Notes under the pieces: model-generated
The model's input: only the letters and a program-made list of their open reading frames with translations
The model's database searches: none
Told to the model about the DNA's origin: nothing
Made by a program: the position numbers and the translations under genes
Origin: an uncultured Candidatus Saccharibacteria bacterium
GTDB lineage: Bacteria > Patescibacteriota > Minisyncoccia > Phycocordibacterales > WO2-35-19
Reading direction: 5' to 3'
DNA: 64,000 bases
Assembly: GCA_964630525.1 (NCBI GenBank)
Contig: CAZVUY010000005.1
Location: forward strand, 1,379 to 65,378
Shown: in pieces, positions 46,061 through 55,843 of the stretch
Layout: each line of letters starts with the position of its first letter
Position numbering within the stretch: position 1 is the first letter of the stretch

Positions 46061-46213
46061 GTGCAGTATACACCCCTCTAAATTAAAGTCAATTAGGATG
46101 TCCATAGACTAAAAACTCTTATTTTAAGGCCTATATTTGATGTTTATATAGACAAAATGCCAAAAGTATTGACTTTTATTGTTCTGAGTATAAGATTGAA
46201 ATAGGAGTGCACA

Positions 46214-46696
46214 ATGGAAATCCTGACTGGAAAGTATATTAAAAGCTGGGCGGCAAAGTCTGTTCCGGCCAAGAATTACACGCTAATTGGCGTCAAGTTT
46301 AAGAAAAACAGAATCATGCCGGTTCTTGATGCCAATCTAAGTCATGACACTGGTGAACATTCACCTGTGTGGATGGTGTTCAATTACGGCGCCAAGATCG
46401 TCAACCATAAAAAGATTGAATTTGAAGACAGCTTGCAACCTTTCAAGCTTTTCTTTCCAGATGTAGCAGTTCCACTTAGCTACCTTTTTGCCGACTCTTC
46501 TAACCTCGAGCAAGCAATGCTTTCTCTGATGAATCTCCGGGCAAAGATCATGATTGAACGAATTTCTGACTATGATGAGACTGAGGAAAAGAGAGTCCAG
46601 ATCGTGTTGACCATCGGTGAATTCGTTACTGTAGCTACGTGTCCAATTTCAACGCTTTCCAGTTTTCTTGAAATCGAGCCGGAAACCGAAGAGTAA
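46214..46696 (+). CDS. hypothetical protein
   Basis: AGGAG RBS, TTGACT-17-TATAAG promoter, downstream terminator. Confidence 0.7.
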   Translation: MEILTGKYIKSWAAKSVPAKNYTLIGVKFKKNRIMPVLDANLSHDTGEHSPVWMVFNYGAKIVNHKKIEFEDSLQPFKLFFPDVAVPLSYLFADSSNLEQAMLSLMNLRAKIMIERISDYDETEEKRVQIVLTIGEFVTVATCPISTLSSFLEIEPETEE

Positions 46697-46924
46697 CAGT
46701 TAGCTCATAAAGAGAAAATTCTGGAATAGATATTGAAGGGCGGCCACACGGTCGCCTTTTTTGTTTACCCAACATAATCATAGTGAAATTGGGCTTGTCC
46801 ACATTCCGCAAGCCAATTTCATGCTAAAATAGGAGTATCAATTTAATATGGTTTGAGTTTGGTATCCTCTCTTGTTGTAAGAGAGGAATCACGAGATAGC
46901 GAGAAAGGTGAGTTATTTAAAGAT

Positions 46925-47785
46925 ATGAAAACATTACGAGAACACATTGCCGAGGCGGTGGAGAGGAAGGTCGCGATCGGCCATTTTAATATTTCGGACA
47001 GTCAGGGATTTTGGGCAGTGGTCAATGCGGCCAAAAATTTGAAATTGCCGGTGATCGTCGGCGTCTCAGAAGGCGAGCGCGACTTCATCGGTATCCAGCA
47101 AGTCAAAGCTTTAGTAGACAGTGTCAAAAATGAAGGGTACCCCGTTTTCTTGAATGCTGACCATACTTATTCGGTAGAAAGAGTGAAAGAGGTAGTGGAC
47201 GCCAATTTTGATGCGGTCATTATCGACGGCGCCGAAAAAAGTTTTGAAGAAAATCTAAAGATGACCAAAGAGTCAGTGGAATATGCCAGAAGTAAAAACC
47301 CGCAGATGCTCGTCGAAGCTGAGCTTGGCTTCATCGGCAAATCATCCAAAGTGCTCGATGCGATTCCAGAAGGTGCTGCTGCCTCCGAAAGCAATATGAC
47401 CAAGCCAGAAGAGGCGAGGGAATTCGTCGTCTCAACCGGTGTTGACTTGTTCGCTCCCGCAGTCGGTAATATTCACGGCATGATCAAAGGTGGAGACCCC
47501 AAATTAAACATAGAAAGAATAAAAGAAATAAAAGAAGCGGCGGGTATCCCACTCGTCCTGCACGGCGGATCGGGCAACACTGAAGATGAGTTCCGAGCGG
47601 CTATCGAAGCCGGTATCTCGATCGTCCATATCAATACCGAGATCAGGCTCGCTTATCGTCAAAGCCTCCAAAAAACCTTGGCCGAAAACCCCGACGAAGT
47701 AGCTCCTTACAAGTTCCTCCGACCAGCCGTCCAAGCCATGCAAGCCGTCATCGAGAAAAAACTCGCCCTCTTCAACAATTTGTAA
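46925..47785 (+). CDS. fba: fructose-bisphosphate aldolase class II
   Basis: NADH, VEAELG, AVGNIHG, PLVLHGGSG, INTE. Confidence 0.95.
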   Translation: MKTLREHIAEAVERKVAIGHFNISDSQGFWAVVNAAKNLKLPVIVGVSEGERDFIGIQQVKALVDSVKNEGYPVFLNADHTYSVERVKEVVDANFDAVIIDGAEKSFEENLKMTKESVEYARSKNPQMLVEAELGFIGKSSKVLDAIPEGAAASESNMTKPEEAREFVVSTGVDLFAPAVGNIHGMIKGGDPKLNIERIKEIKEAAGIPLVLHGGSGNTEDEFRAAIEAGISIVHINTEIRLAYRQSLQKTLAENPDEVAPYKFLRPAVQAMQAVIEKKLALFNNL

Positions 47786-47816
47786 AAATAAAAATTCAAT
47801 TTGTTATAATTGAGAG

Positions 47817-49499
47817 ATGATTGACTATTTGGAGATCAAACACGACCTGGCGGAGCTACTAGATGGGGAAGTTTTGGACGACAATGAGACTCTCAAAAGA
47901 TATAGTCGCGACGCTTCGCTTTTCGAAGTGTGGCCCAAGCTGGTCATCTGGCCAAAACACAGCGATGATATCAAAAAGGTGGTCCGTTATGTGAGCCAAA
48001 AGAGATCAGAAAACAAGGAGCAGTATGCGGAGCTTTCGATTACGGTGAGAGCGGCTGGTAGCTGCATGTCGGGCGGCTCGCTCAATGACTCGATCATCCT
48101 CGACGTCTCCAAATATTTAAACAAATTTACGATTGACTCGATCAATCATACAGCCGAGATAGAGCCCGGGGTATTTTATCGCGATTTTGAGGTGGAAACT
48201 CTCAAACACAATCTTATTTTACCCTGCTACACTGCTTCCAAAAATCTTTGTGCCCTAGGCGGCATGATCGGCAACAATGCCGCCGGTGAAAAAACACTTC
48301 AATACGGTAAAATGGAAAATTTCGTGACTGAAATAAAAATGATCCTCAAAGACGGCAACGAGTACACCTTCCGAGCGATCCAGCGAGTCGACCTGATTCG
48401 CAAATCTCATGAGCACCACTTCGAAGGTGAGGTGTACGAAAGAATGATGCGACTTTTGGATGAAAACAGGGAAGAGATAAACAAGGCCAAGCCAAAAGTT
48501 TCCAAAAATTCGGCTGGTTATTATCTTTGGAATATTGAAAAAAATGGTTTATTCGACCTCAGCAAGATAATCGTCGGCTCTCAAGGCACTTTGGGTATCG
48601 TGACCAGCGCCAAACTGCGTCTAGAGGCAGTGAAGCCCAAATCAAAACTGCTGGTTATTTTTATGAAAAAAACTGATCAATTGGGAGACTTGGTGAATGC
48701 TATTTTGGCCCACAAACCAGAAAGTATAGAATCCTACGATGACGCTACTTTGAAATTGGCGATCCGTTTTCTACCAGAAATGCTAAAGATTATGAAGGCG
48801 GGGTTTTTGAAACTTGTTTTGAGCTTTATTCCTGAAGCCTGGATGGCGCTCGTAGGCGGTATGCCGCATTTGGTACTCTTGGTGGAATTTTCTGGTAAAG
48901 ATGAGGTGAAAATAGACCAAGAGATCATTGACTTGATGCAAGACATCAAGCATTTTGGTTTCCAGATGAGGGCTACCAGAAAACCAGCCGAAGCAGAAAA
49001 ATACTGGACAATCCGTCGCGAAAGTTTCAATTTGTTAAGAAAACACGTGAAAGGCAAAAGGACTGCTCCCTTCATCGACGATCTGTGTGTTGAACCCAAA
49101 TATCTACCAGAATTCCTGCCAAAATTGCGCAAAATGCTTGATGAAGCTAAGCTCACCTACACTATCGCTGGCCATGCCGGCAATGGCAATTTCCACATTA
49201 TTCCACTTATGGATATGAAGGATCATCACAATCGAGCCATCATCCCCACTCTTTCTGAAAAAGTTTATAACCTAGTCAAAGAATACGGCGGCTCGATCAC
49301 CGCTGAGCACAACGATGGGATAGTGCGCACTCCTTATTTATCAAAAATGTATGATGACAATATCCTCAAACTTTTTAAACAAACCAAAGAAATTTTTGAT
49401 CCGCAAAATATTTTCAATCCGGGCAAAAAGGTACCAGTTGCCGAGTCGGGTGGGCCTGGCACCATAGAATATATGGTCGGCCACTTGGCGAAGAATTGA
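47817..49499 (+). CDS. FAD-binding oxidoreductase (GlcD/D-lactate dehydrogenase-like)
   Basis: GGMIGNNAAG, GSQGTLG, GHAGNGNFH, AEHNDG, IFNPGK. Confidence 0.9.
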   Translation: MIDYLEIKHDLAELLDGEVLDDNETLKRYSRDASLFEVWPKLVIWPKHSDDIKKVVRYVSQKRSENKEQYAELSITVRAAGSCMSGGSLNDSIILDVSKYLNKFTIDSINHTAEIEPGVFYRDFEVETLKHNLILPCYTASKNLCALGGMIGNNAAGEKTLQYGKMENFVTEIKMILKDGNEYTFRAIQRVDLIRKSHEHHFEGEVYERMMRLLDENREEINKAKPKVSKNSAGYYLWNIEKNGLFDLSKIIVGSQGTLGIVTSAKLRLEAVKPKSKLLVIFMKKTDQLGDLVNAILAHKPESIESYDDATLKLAIRFLPEMLKIMKAGFLKLVLSFIPEAWMALVGGMPHLVLLVEFSGKDEVKIDQEIIDLMQDIKHFGFQMRATRKPAEAEKYWTIRRESFNLLRKHVKGKRTAPFIDDLCVEPKYLPEFLPKLRKMLDEAKLTYTIAGHAGNGNFHIIPLMDMKDHHNRAIIPTLSEKVYNLVKEYGGSITAEHNDGIVRTPYLSKMYDDNILKLFKQTKEIFDPQNIFNPGKKVPVAESGGPGTIEYMVGHLAKN

Positions 49500-49552
49500 G
49501 GTTTTGGAGATAAAGTTGCCTAAATTTTGATTTCTGTTAATATGTTTGGGAC

Positions 49553-50197
49553 ATGACAATCGAAATAAAAGCGGAAAAAAGAGAAAAAGTAGGGAAAGTA
49601 GATAGCCTGAGGGCGGCCGGTTTTTTGCCGGGAGTCTTTTATGGTCACAAAAAAACTTCAACTCCAATCCAAGTAAAGAAAGTTGATTTCCTGAAAGCTT
49701 GGCGCGAAGCCGGAGAATCAACCGTGATCAGCCTCAAAACCGCAGAAGGATCAGTAGAAGCATTGATCCATGATGTTGATATCGACCCAGTGACCAACGA
49801 ACCGAGACATGCCGATTTTTACGTGTTTGAAAAGGGTCATAAAGTAGAAATATCTGTACCAATCGAATTCGAAGGAGTAGCACCGGCCGTCAAAGACTTG
49901 GGTGGTATCTTGGTAAAAGTTTTGCGTGAACTAAAAATCGAGGCCGAGCCAGCCAACCTACCTCATGAAATCAAAGTTGATATCAGTGGTCTCGTTGACT
50001 TCCAGAGTCAAATCTTGGCAAAAGATGTAGTCTTGCCCAAAGGTGTAGAGCTCATAGAAAATCCAGAAGAGGTAGTAGCCGCCGTTACCGAAGCCAAGGA
50101 AGAAGCGGTAGAGAGCGCACCGGTAGACTTAAGCCAGATCGAGGTAGAAAAGAAGGGTAAGAAAGAAGAGGAAGGTGCCGCTGAAGAGAGCGCTTAA
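49553..50197 (+). CDS. rplY: 50S ribosomal protein L25/Ctc
   Basis: LPGVFYG, HADFY, GVAPAVK..GG, acidic tail. Confidence 0.95.
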   Translation: MTIEIKAEKREKVGKVDSLRAAGFLPGVFYGHKKTSTPIQVKKVDFLKAWREAGESTVISLKTAEGSVEALIHDVDIDPVTNEPRHADFYVFEKGHKVEISVPIEFEGVAPAVKDLGGILVKVLRELKIEAEPANLPHEIKVDISGLVDFQSQILAKDVVLPKGVELIENPEEVVAAVTEAKEEAVESAPVDLSQIEVEKKGKKEEEGAAEESA

Positions 50198-50233
50198 TTG
50201 ACCTAATTTTTAATTACTTTAAAATAGAACTGT

Positions 50234-51622
50234 ATGAAACGCAGTTTTATTTTTGCTTTGGTGTTTTTTGTAAGCTTCAGTTTCCAATTTTCAATTCCCA
50301 ATCCTGCAGAAGCCCTCTCTGAAGCAGAGATCCAAGCTCAAGAGACCAAGTGGCGAGCCGAGCTCGAAGCGACAGAAAAAGAGATTGCCGAATGGGAAGG
50401 TATCTTGAAGAGCACCAAACAGGGCACCGCTTCGCTAGAGCGCGATGCGGCTGTTCTGCAAGCCAAGATCAACGAGGCCAAAGCCTTTATCAGAAAACGT
50501 CAGATCCAAATCGAACAACTCACTCATGATATTGGCCTGAAAACCAAGACGATCGCCGAACTCGAAGCCAAAATCGGTCGTGGCAAAGAGTCACTCGCGG
50601 CGATCATTCGCTCCACCAACGAAATGGATTCTTACTCCTTGGCTGAAGTGGTCCTTTCAAACAAAAACCTATCGGAATTTTTTGAAAATATAGATTCTTA
50701 CGACTCGATCAAAAAATCTCTGGAGCAACAGTTTGCCGAAATCAGAGATTTGCAATCAAAAACAGATAGCGAGAGAAAGGCTCTTGACGAAAAGCGTATC
50801 CAAGAAGCAGACACCAAGGCGAAAGTTGAGGCTGATAAACGTAAGGTAGAGCTGGATGAGAAAGAAAAACAGCGCCTGATCAAAATCAACAAAACCCAAG
50901 AGAAAACCTATTCTCAGGTCATTGCCGAAAAAGAAAAGAAAGCTGCCCAGATCAGAGCAGCCCTTTTCGCCTTGCGAGATACTGAAGGAATCGCTTTCGG
51001 TGACGCCTTGAAATACGCAAATTTAGCTTCAAACAAAACAGGTGTCCGACCAGCTTTGATCCTTGCCATTCTTACCCAAGAGTCTGACTTGGGTAAAAAC
51101 CAAGGCTCCTGTCTGGTAAACAACATTGATACTGGCGATGGGGCGGGTAAAAACACCGGAACCTTTTTTGAACAAGTAATGAAAGCCCCGAGAGACACTG
51201 TACCGTTCAAAGACATCACCGAGAGACTAGGCAAAGATTGGAAGATGACCCCCGTCTCTTGTCCACCAGGCACTAAATACACATTGGGTAGAGGTTTCGG
51301 TGGAGGAATGGGACCTTCCCAATTTATTCCTTCCACTTGGGAACTCTTCAAGAACAGGCTCGGCAGCAACCTTGGCATCGAAGCTAACAGTGTCAACCCC
51401 TGGAACCCAGAACACGCGATCCTCGCTACCGCTGTCTATATGGCTGATTTGGGCGCTGCTGGTGGTGGTTATAGTGCTGAGCGTAATGCTGCTTGCCGAT
51501 ATTACTCTGGGGCCAAATGTACTCCCGGTCGCAAACCGGCCAACGTCTTCTATGGTGACCAAGTGATGGCTAAAGCTGAAAATATCCAACTCACCATGAT
51601 CGATCCGCTGGAAGGGTTTTGA
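50234..51622 (+). CDS. secreted coiled-coil protein with lytic-transglycosylase-like domain
   Basis: Signal peptide, long coiled coil, AILTQES, GGMGPSQFIPSTW, NPWN. Confidence 0.85.
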   Translation: MKRSFIFALVFFVSFSFQFSIPNPAEALSEAEIQAQETKWRAELEATEKEIAEWEGILKSTKQGTASLERDAAVLQAKINEAKAFIRKRQIQIEQLTHDIGLKTKTIAELEAKIGRGKESLAAIIRSTNEMDSYSLAEVVLSNKNLSEFFENIDSYDSIKKSLEQQFAEIRDLQSKTDSERKALDEKRIQEADTKAKVEADKRKVELDEKEKQRLIKINKTQEKTYSQVIAEKEKKAAQIRAALFALRDTEGIAFGDALKYANLASNKTGVRPALILAILTQESDLGKNQGSCLVNNIDTGDGAGKNTGTFFEQVMKAPRDTVPFKDITERLGKDWKMTPVSCPPGTKYTLGRGFGGGMGPSQFIPSTWELFKNRLGSNLGIEANSVNPWNPEHAILATAVYMADLGAAGGGYSAERNAACRYYSGAKCTPGRKPANVFYGDQVMAKAENIQLTMIDPLEGF

Positions 51623-51661
51623 ACACTTGACATAATTTTGGCGGGGGTATATTATCGTATT

Positions 51662-51890
51662 CAGGACACTAGTTTTGAAGCTGGAGCACATCGTGCTCCG
51701 TGCTCATAGGAGGAAAAGACTCGGAACCCCGACCGTTTGGGAAGGGCTAGTCGAGCTAGAAAGACAAAAACCCGGGAAGCAGAACCCGGTAAAAAATACT
51801 GAGAGATGGGCCACCGACCGATAATCGCGACTGCATGTCGCTATGGTGCACAAAACACCGGGGTCAAGGGTGGCCTTTTCCCTTGTCCAA
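51662..51890 (+). ncRNA. putative structured ncRNA, about 225 nt
   Basis: TTGACA(51627)-17-TATTAT(51650) promoter; GGACA/TGTCC closing stem and several internal hairpins; rpmE has a separate promoter at 51903-51931. Confidence 0.6.
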
Positions 51891-51954
51891 AAATTAAATA
51901 AATTGACTAAAAGGGGAGGATTTGATACATTTAGGCCATATTTAAATAAATAGA

Positions 51955-52179
51955 ATGAAAACTGATATTCACCCAGAATACTATACAGACGCCAAAGTAA
52001 CCTGCTCTTGCGGTAATAAATTTACTATTGGAGCTACACAAAAGGAGATTTCTGTTGAAATTTGTAGCAGCTGCCACCCATTCTTTACTGGCAACGAAAA
52101 GGTTATCGATGCCGCCGGACGCGTAGAGAGATTTAAGGCCAGAAAAGCAGCCGCCACCAAATCTAAAGCAAAGAAATAA
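51955..52179 (+). CDS. rpmE: 50S ribosomal protein L31
   Basis: [29 protein letters not shown]. Confidence 0.98.
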   Translation: MKTDIHPEYYTDAKVTCSCGNKFTIGATQKEISVEICSSCHPFFTGNEKVIDAAGRVERFKARKAAATKSKAKK

Positions 52180-52275
52180 CTTACCCGACACCAATACACG
52201 AATTGGATCGAATAACACTAATTAAAAATTTAGATTCGCGACATTCGTGTGAATTTGTGGATTAGTGTCGCATTT

Positions 52276-53244
52276 ATGGATCTAGAAAAATTCAAAAAAA
52301 ATCCAAAGACCCAATATTTGGCTGAAAGTTATGAAAGACTTCTGAAAGAGGAGGCTGATCTTTTGACATTACTAGCAGAAGACCCAAATGCCTCTTTAGA
52401 TTCAATGAAAGAGTTGGCTGAAGCCGACCTCAAAAATATCGATATTCAAAAAAAAGCTTTGACTGAACAGATGGATACTATTTTGAAAGAAGACGAGCAG
52501 AAAAGATTGGCTGAGGAAGAATTTCCAAATGAGATCGTACTAGAAGTCCGAGCGGGGGTGGGTGGGGAAGAGGCGGCCCTCTTTGCCGAAGAATTGGCTG
52601 ATATGTATCGCAAATACGCCGAAATGAGGGGTTGGTCGGTACGGGTGCTAGACGAATCAGAATCGCCTCTAGGCGGCTACAAAGAGGCGAGTTTCGAGAT
52701 CAGGGGTAAAGATGTCTATCGGGATCTCCGATTCGAAACTGGTGTTCACCGGATTCAGCGAGTACCGAAAACCGAGAAATCGGGGAGAGTACACACCTCG
52801 ACCGCTTCAGTCGCCATTTTGCCTATCCGCAAAAAATCCAGCCTCGTTATTTCCCCAGCTGATCTGGAAGTCACTTTCTCTCGTGCTGGCGGAAAGGGTG
52901 GTCAAAACGTCAACAAAGTAGAGACTGCTGTGCGACTGACCCACAAACCGACCGGTATTGTGATCAGTTGTCGAGCCGAAAGAAGTCAGCAGGCCAACCG
53001 AGAAAAAGCGATGGAGATATTGAAAGCCAAACTCGAAGCTCTCAAAGCCGAAGCCGAGGCTCAAAAGTACGCCTCCGAAAGGAAAGAACAGATCGGCAAC
53101 GTCGATCGTTCAGAAAAAATCCGCACCTACAACATCCTCCAAGATAGGATCACCGACCATCGCCTCAACAAGAACTGGCACGGAATCGAAACCATCCTCA
53201 AAGGAGGCCTTGACCCGATCGTTGACTCATTTCGAGCAATCTGA
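52276..53244 (+). CDS. prfA: peptide chain release factor 1
   Basis: [12 protein letters not shown] (PxT), GGQ, IRTYN. Confidence 0.95.
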   Translation: MDLEKFKKNPKTQYLAESYERLLKEEADLLTLLAEDPNASLDSMKELAEADLKNIDIQKKALTEQMDTILKEDEQKRLAEEEFPNEIVLEVRAGVGGEEAALFAEELADMYRKYAEMRGWSVRVLDESESPLGGYKEASFEIRGKDVYRDLRFETGVHRIQRVPKTEKSGRVHTSTASVAILPIRKKSSLVISPADLEVTFSRAGGKGGQNVNKVETAVRLTHKPTGIVISCRAERSQQANREKAMEILKAKLEALKAEAEAQKYASERKEQIGNVDRSEKIRTYNILQDRITDHRLNKNWHGIETILKGGLDPIVDSFRAI

Positions 53245-53260
53245 TAACATTTAGACCCGT

Positions 53261-53959
53261 ATGGCAGAAATAACCAAGAAAGAAGCTAAACTAGACGATC
53301 TCTTCAAAGCAGGAGCCCATTTAGGTTTTGGCAAATCAAGAAGACACCCGAGCGTTGTCCCTTTTATCTTTGGTTCTAAAAACAGAGTTGATATTTTTGA
53401 CTTGGAAAAAACCCATGATTCGCTTGAAAAGGCGCTTGCCTTTGTGGCCAACCTAGCCAAAGAAGGTGGTCGTTTGCTCATGATTGGCGGCAAACCAGAA
53501 GCTCAAAATATCATTCGAGAATGCGCCGATAAAATCGGAGTCGCCTATGTCGCCAGTCGTTGGATAGGGGGCACTTTGACCAACTTCCCTGAAATCAGCA
53601 AGCGAGTAGAAAATATGCTGAGCCTCCTTTCCCAAAAAGAAAAGGGTGAGCTCGCCAAATACACCAAAAAAGAGAGGCTTTTGATCGATCGCAAAATCGA
53701 GAAGTTACAAAAAATGTTCTGGGGCATCAAAGATATGAGCGCTCTACCAAAAGCCATATTCATAGTTGACCCAAGATACGAACAAACCGCCCTCAAGGAA
53801 GCCAAAAGCCTCAATATCCCAGTAGTGGCTCTTTGTGGCTCAGACAATAACATTGCCGAAATAAATTACCCGATCTCAGCCAATGATTCGAATATGGCGA
53901 GTATCAGATTTTTCACTGAAGCGGTAGCCGAAGCTTACCGAAGCAATCGCCCAGCGTAG
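53261..53959 (+). CDS. rpsB: 30S ribosomal protein S2
   Basis: AGAHLG, RWIGGTLTN, IPVVAL, AND. Confidence 0.97.
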   Translation: MAEITKKEAKLDDLFKAGAHLGFGKSRRHPSVVPFIFGSKNRVDIFDLEKTHDSLEKALAFVANLAKEGGRLLMIGGKPEAQNIIRECADKIGVAYVASRWIGGTLTNFPEISKRVENMLSLLSQKEKGELAKYTKKERLLIDRKIEKLQKMFWGIKDMSALPKAIFIVDPRYEQTALKEAKSLNIPVVALCGSDNNIAEINYPISANDSNMASIRFFTEAVAEAYRSNRPA

Positions 53960-54036
53960 TTTGGGCTTTTTGGTTGGTTTTCGTAAATGGTTGGTTATTT
54001 TAAATAGAAGTAATAGTTAGTCATTAATATATCCTC

Positions 54037-54618
54037 ATGATCACTACTGAACAAATCAAACAATTGAGAGAAGAGACCAATGTCTCCGTGATGCAGTGCA
54101 AAAAAGCACTAGAAGAGGCTGGCGGTGACGTAGAAAAGGCCAAGATTATTCTCCATAAGATAAGTAAGCAGTCTGCCGACAAAAAAGCAGATCGGACTTT
54201 GGGTGCCGGGGCTGTAGTCTCTTATATCCACAATAGCGGCACCGTCGGTGTCATGCTTGAACTTCTCTCTGAAACTGATTTCGTAGCCAAAAATGAGGAT
54301 TTTAGGATGTTGGCCAGAGATATTGCCATGCACGCTGCTGCAATGGCCCCTGAATACACCAAAATGGATGACGTGAAGCCTGAAGATAGAGAAAGGGCTA
54401 AAGAGCTATTTGAACAAGACGCTCTCGACAAACCAACCGAGATTCGTGCTAAAATAATAGAGGGTAAGCTGGCCGCTTACTTTGGGGAAAAAGTCTTGCT
54501 TGAACAGCCCTTTATCAAAGACCAAAGTGTCACTATTGGAGGCCTTTTGGAGCAAGCTATCCAGAAATTTGGAGAGAGGATAGAAATCGGCCGTCTTTCC
54601 AGATTCTCTATAAACTAA
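54037..54618 (+). CDS. tsf: elongation factor Ts (short form)
   Basis: IKQLRE..MQCKKAL, SETDFVA, LLEQPF. Confidence 0.97.
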   Translation: MITTEQIKQLREETNVSVMQCKKALEEAGGDVEKAKIILHKISKQSADKKADRTLGAGAVVSYIHNSGTVGVMLELLSETDFVAKNEDFRMLARDIAMHAAAMAPEYTKMDDVKPEDRERAKELFEQDALDKPTEIRAKIIEGKLAAYFGEKVLLEQPFIKDQSVTIGGLLEQAIQKFGERIEIGRLSRFSIN

Positions 54619-54627
54619 CAAATAGAA

Positions 54628-55029
54628 ATGACAACCATTATCATTTTTGTCTCTTCTCTTTTGGTTTCGACGGTGCTGGTCCTGGTCAAAGCGATAGAGC
54701 TCAAGTTTGGCAAGAAAAACTTCTTGCTCGAACTAGTTTGTAAGCTTGACCACAAAGCAGTAAACCTCATCAATACCGTCAAATTTAGAAACTTGCAACT
54801 CATCCAGACTATTCGCTACATCATTCTGATCCAAAGCAAAGAATGGTTCCGCGCCATCTGGCATAGGCTCCAGGAGAGGATGGCTCTCGAATATCAGCTT
54901 CGCCAGGAAATAATGATGGGCAAAAGAAACATCAGTAGTCGTGGCTCAGTCTCTTTCTACCTCAAAAAGATTGGGGAAGAGAAGGGCACCAAAGGAGTGA
55001 TCGAAGACCATCTCGATATCGCTCAGTAG
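54628..55029 (+). CDS. hypothetical membrane protein
   Basis: N-terminal TM, C-terminal SVSFYLKKI. Confidence 0.7.
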   Translation: MTTIIIFVSSLLVSTVLVLVKAIELKFGKKNFLLELVCKLDHKAVNLINTVKFRNLQLIQTIRYIILIQSKEWFRAIWHRLQERMALEYQLRQEIMMGKRNISSRGSVSFYLKKIGEEKGTKGVIEDHLDIAQ

Positions 55030-55036
55030 AATATAA

Positions 55037-55112
55037 GCCAGAATAGCTCAGTTGGTAGAGCACCCGTTTTGTAAACGGGCGGTCGTCGGTTCGAGCCCGA
55101 CTTCTGGCTCCA
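55037..55112 (+). tRNA. tRNA-Thr (TGT), CCA encoded
   Basis: GCCAGAA/TTCTGGC acceptor, CCCGT-TT-TGT-AA-ACGGG, GTCGG-TTCGAGC-CCGAC. Confidence 0.96.
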
Positions 55113-55123
55113 ATTTCACAATT

Positions 55124-55843
55124 TTACTCCGTCGTAGTGGCCTGTTTGGATTTAGCAGATTCTTCCAAAGCTTTTTGTTTATCGATTTCCTTGAGGGCGG
55201 GGATTATTTCCTTGATCTCTTCGATTGATTTGAAGCCGTAGTACACCTTGCCGTTAATGAGGAGTGCCGGCAGTTTGTTTTCAATATTATAAATACTGAT
55301 CAGAGTCTCCAGAGCTGACAGATCTAGGTCGTAGTCAAACGAGTAAACCCGAAGTTCCGGGTAGTCTTGTCGCAACTTGGTGAGGACGAAGCCTTCGCGC
55401 TCACAGTCTTCACAAGCCCCCTCTTCATTGGAATAGAAGTAGATGACCGAGGGGCCGCTACTAGTCTGAGTATTGCCGCCACAACGCTCTTTTATCTTCT
55501 GCATCAAGAGAAAATCTTTGATCTGGAGGAGAGAATAATAACGTTTAAGATTTATGACCTCTTCATCATCGGAGCCACGATTTTGCTCGGTATAAGAGAG
55601 TTTATCGCCCAAAGTGGCCAACTCTTTGGAGAGAAAATTGTTGCCAATGTCTCTACAGGAAAGCTCGGAGAGCAAAGAAAACTGAGTCTCTGAAGCCAGG
55701 ATATCGACCGCTATTCGACTTTCGATGTTCTTGATCTCATTGATCTTTTTCTGGCTGAAATAGTTGCTCAAAAAGATAGCTGTCGCAAAGATGGCAGCTG
55801 TGATCAAGAAGGTGTAGGCGTATTTTTTCCAACTTATCTCCAT
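55124..55843 (-). CDS. membrane-anchored protein with thioredoxin-like CxxC domain
   Basis: N-terminal TM, YFYS..CEDC, LPALLING. Confidence 0.75.
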   Translation of the reverse strand: MEISWKKYAYTFLITAAIFATAIFLSNYFSQKKINEIKNIESRIAVDILASETQFSLLSELSCRDIGNNFLSKELATLGDKLSYTEQNRGSDDEEVINLKRYYSLLQIKDFLLMQKIKERCGGNTQTSSGPSVIYFYSNEEGACEDCEREGFVLTKLRQDYPELRVYSFDYDLDLSALETLISIYNIENKLPALLINGKVYYGFKSIEEIKEIIPALKEIDKQKALEESAKSKQATTTE

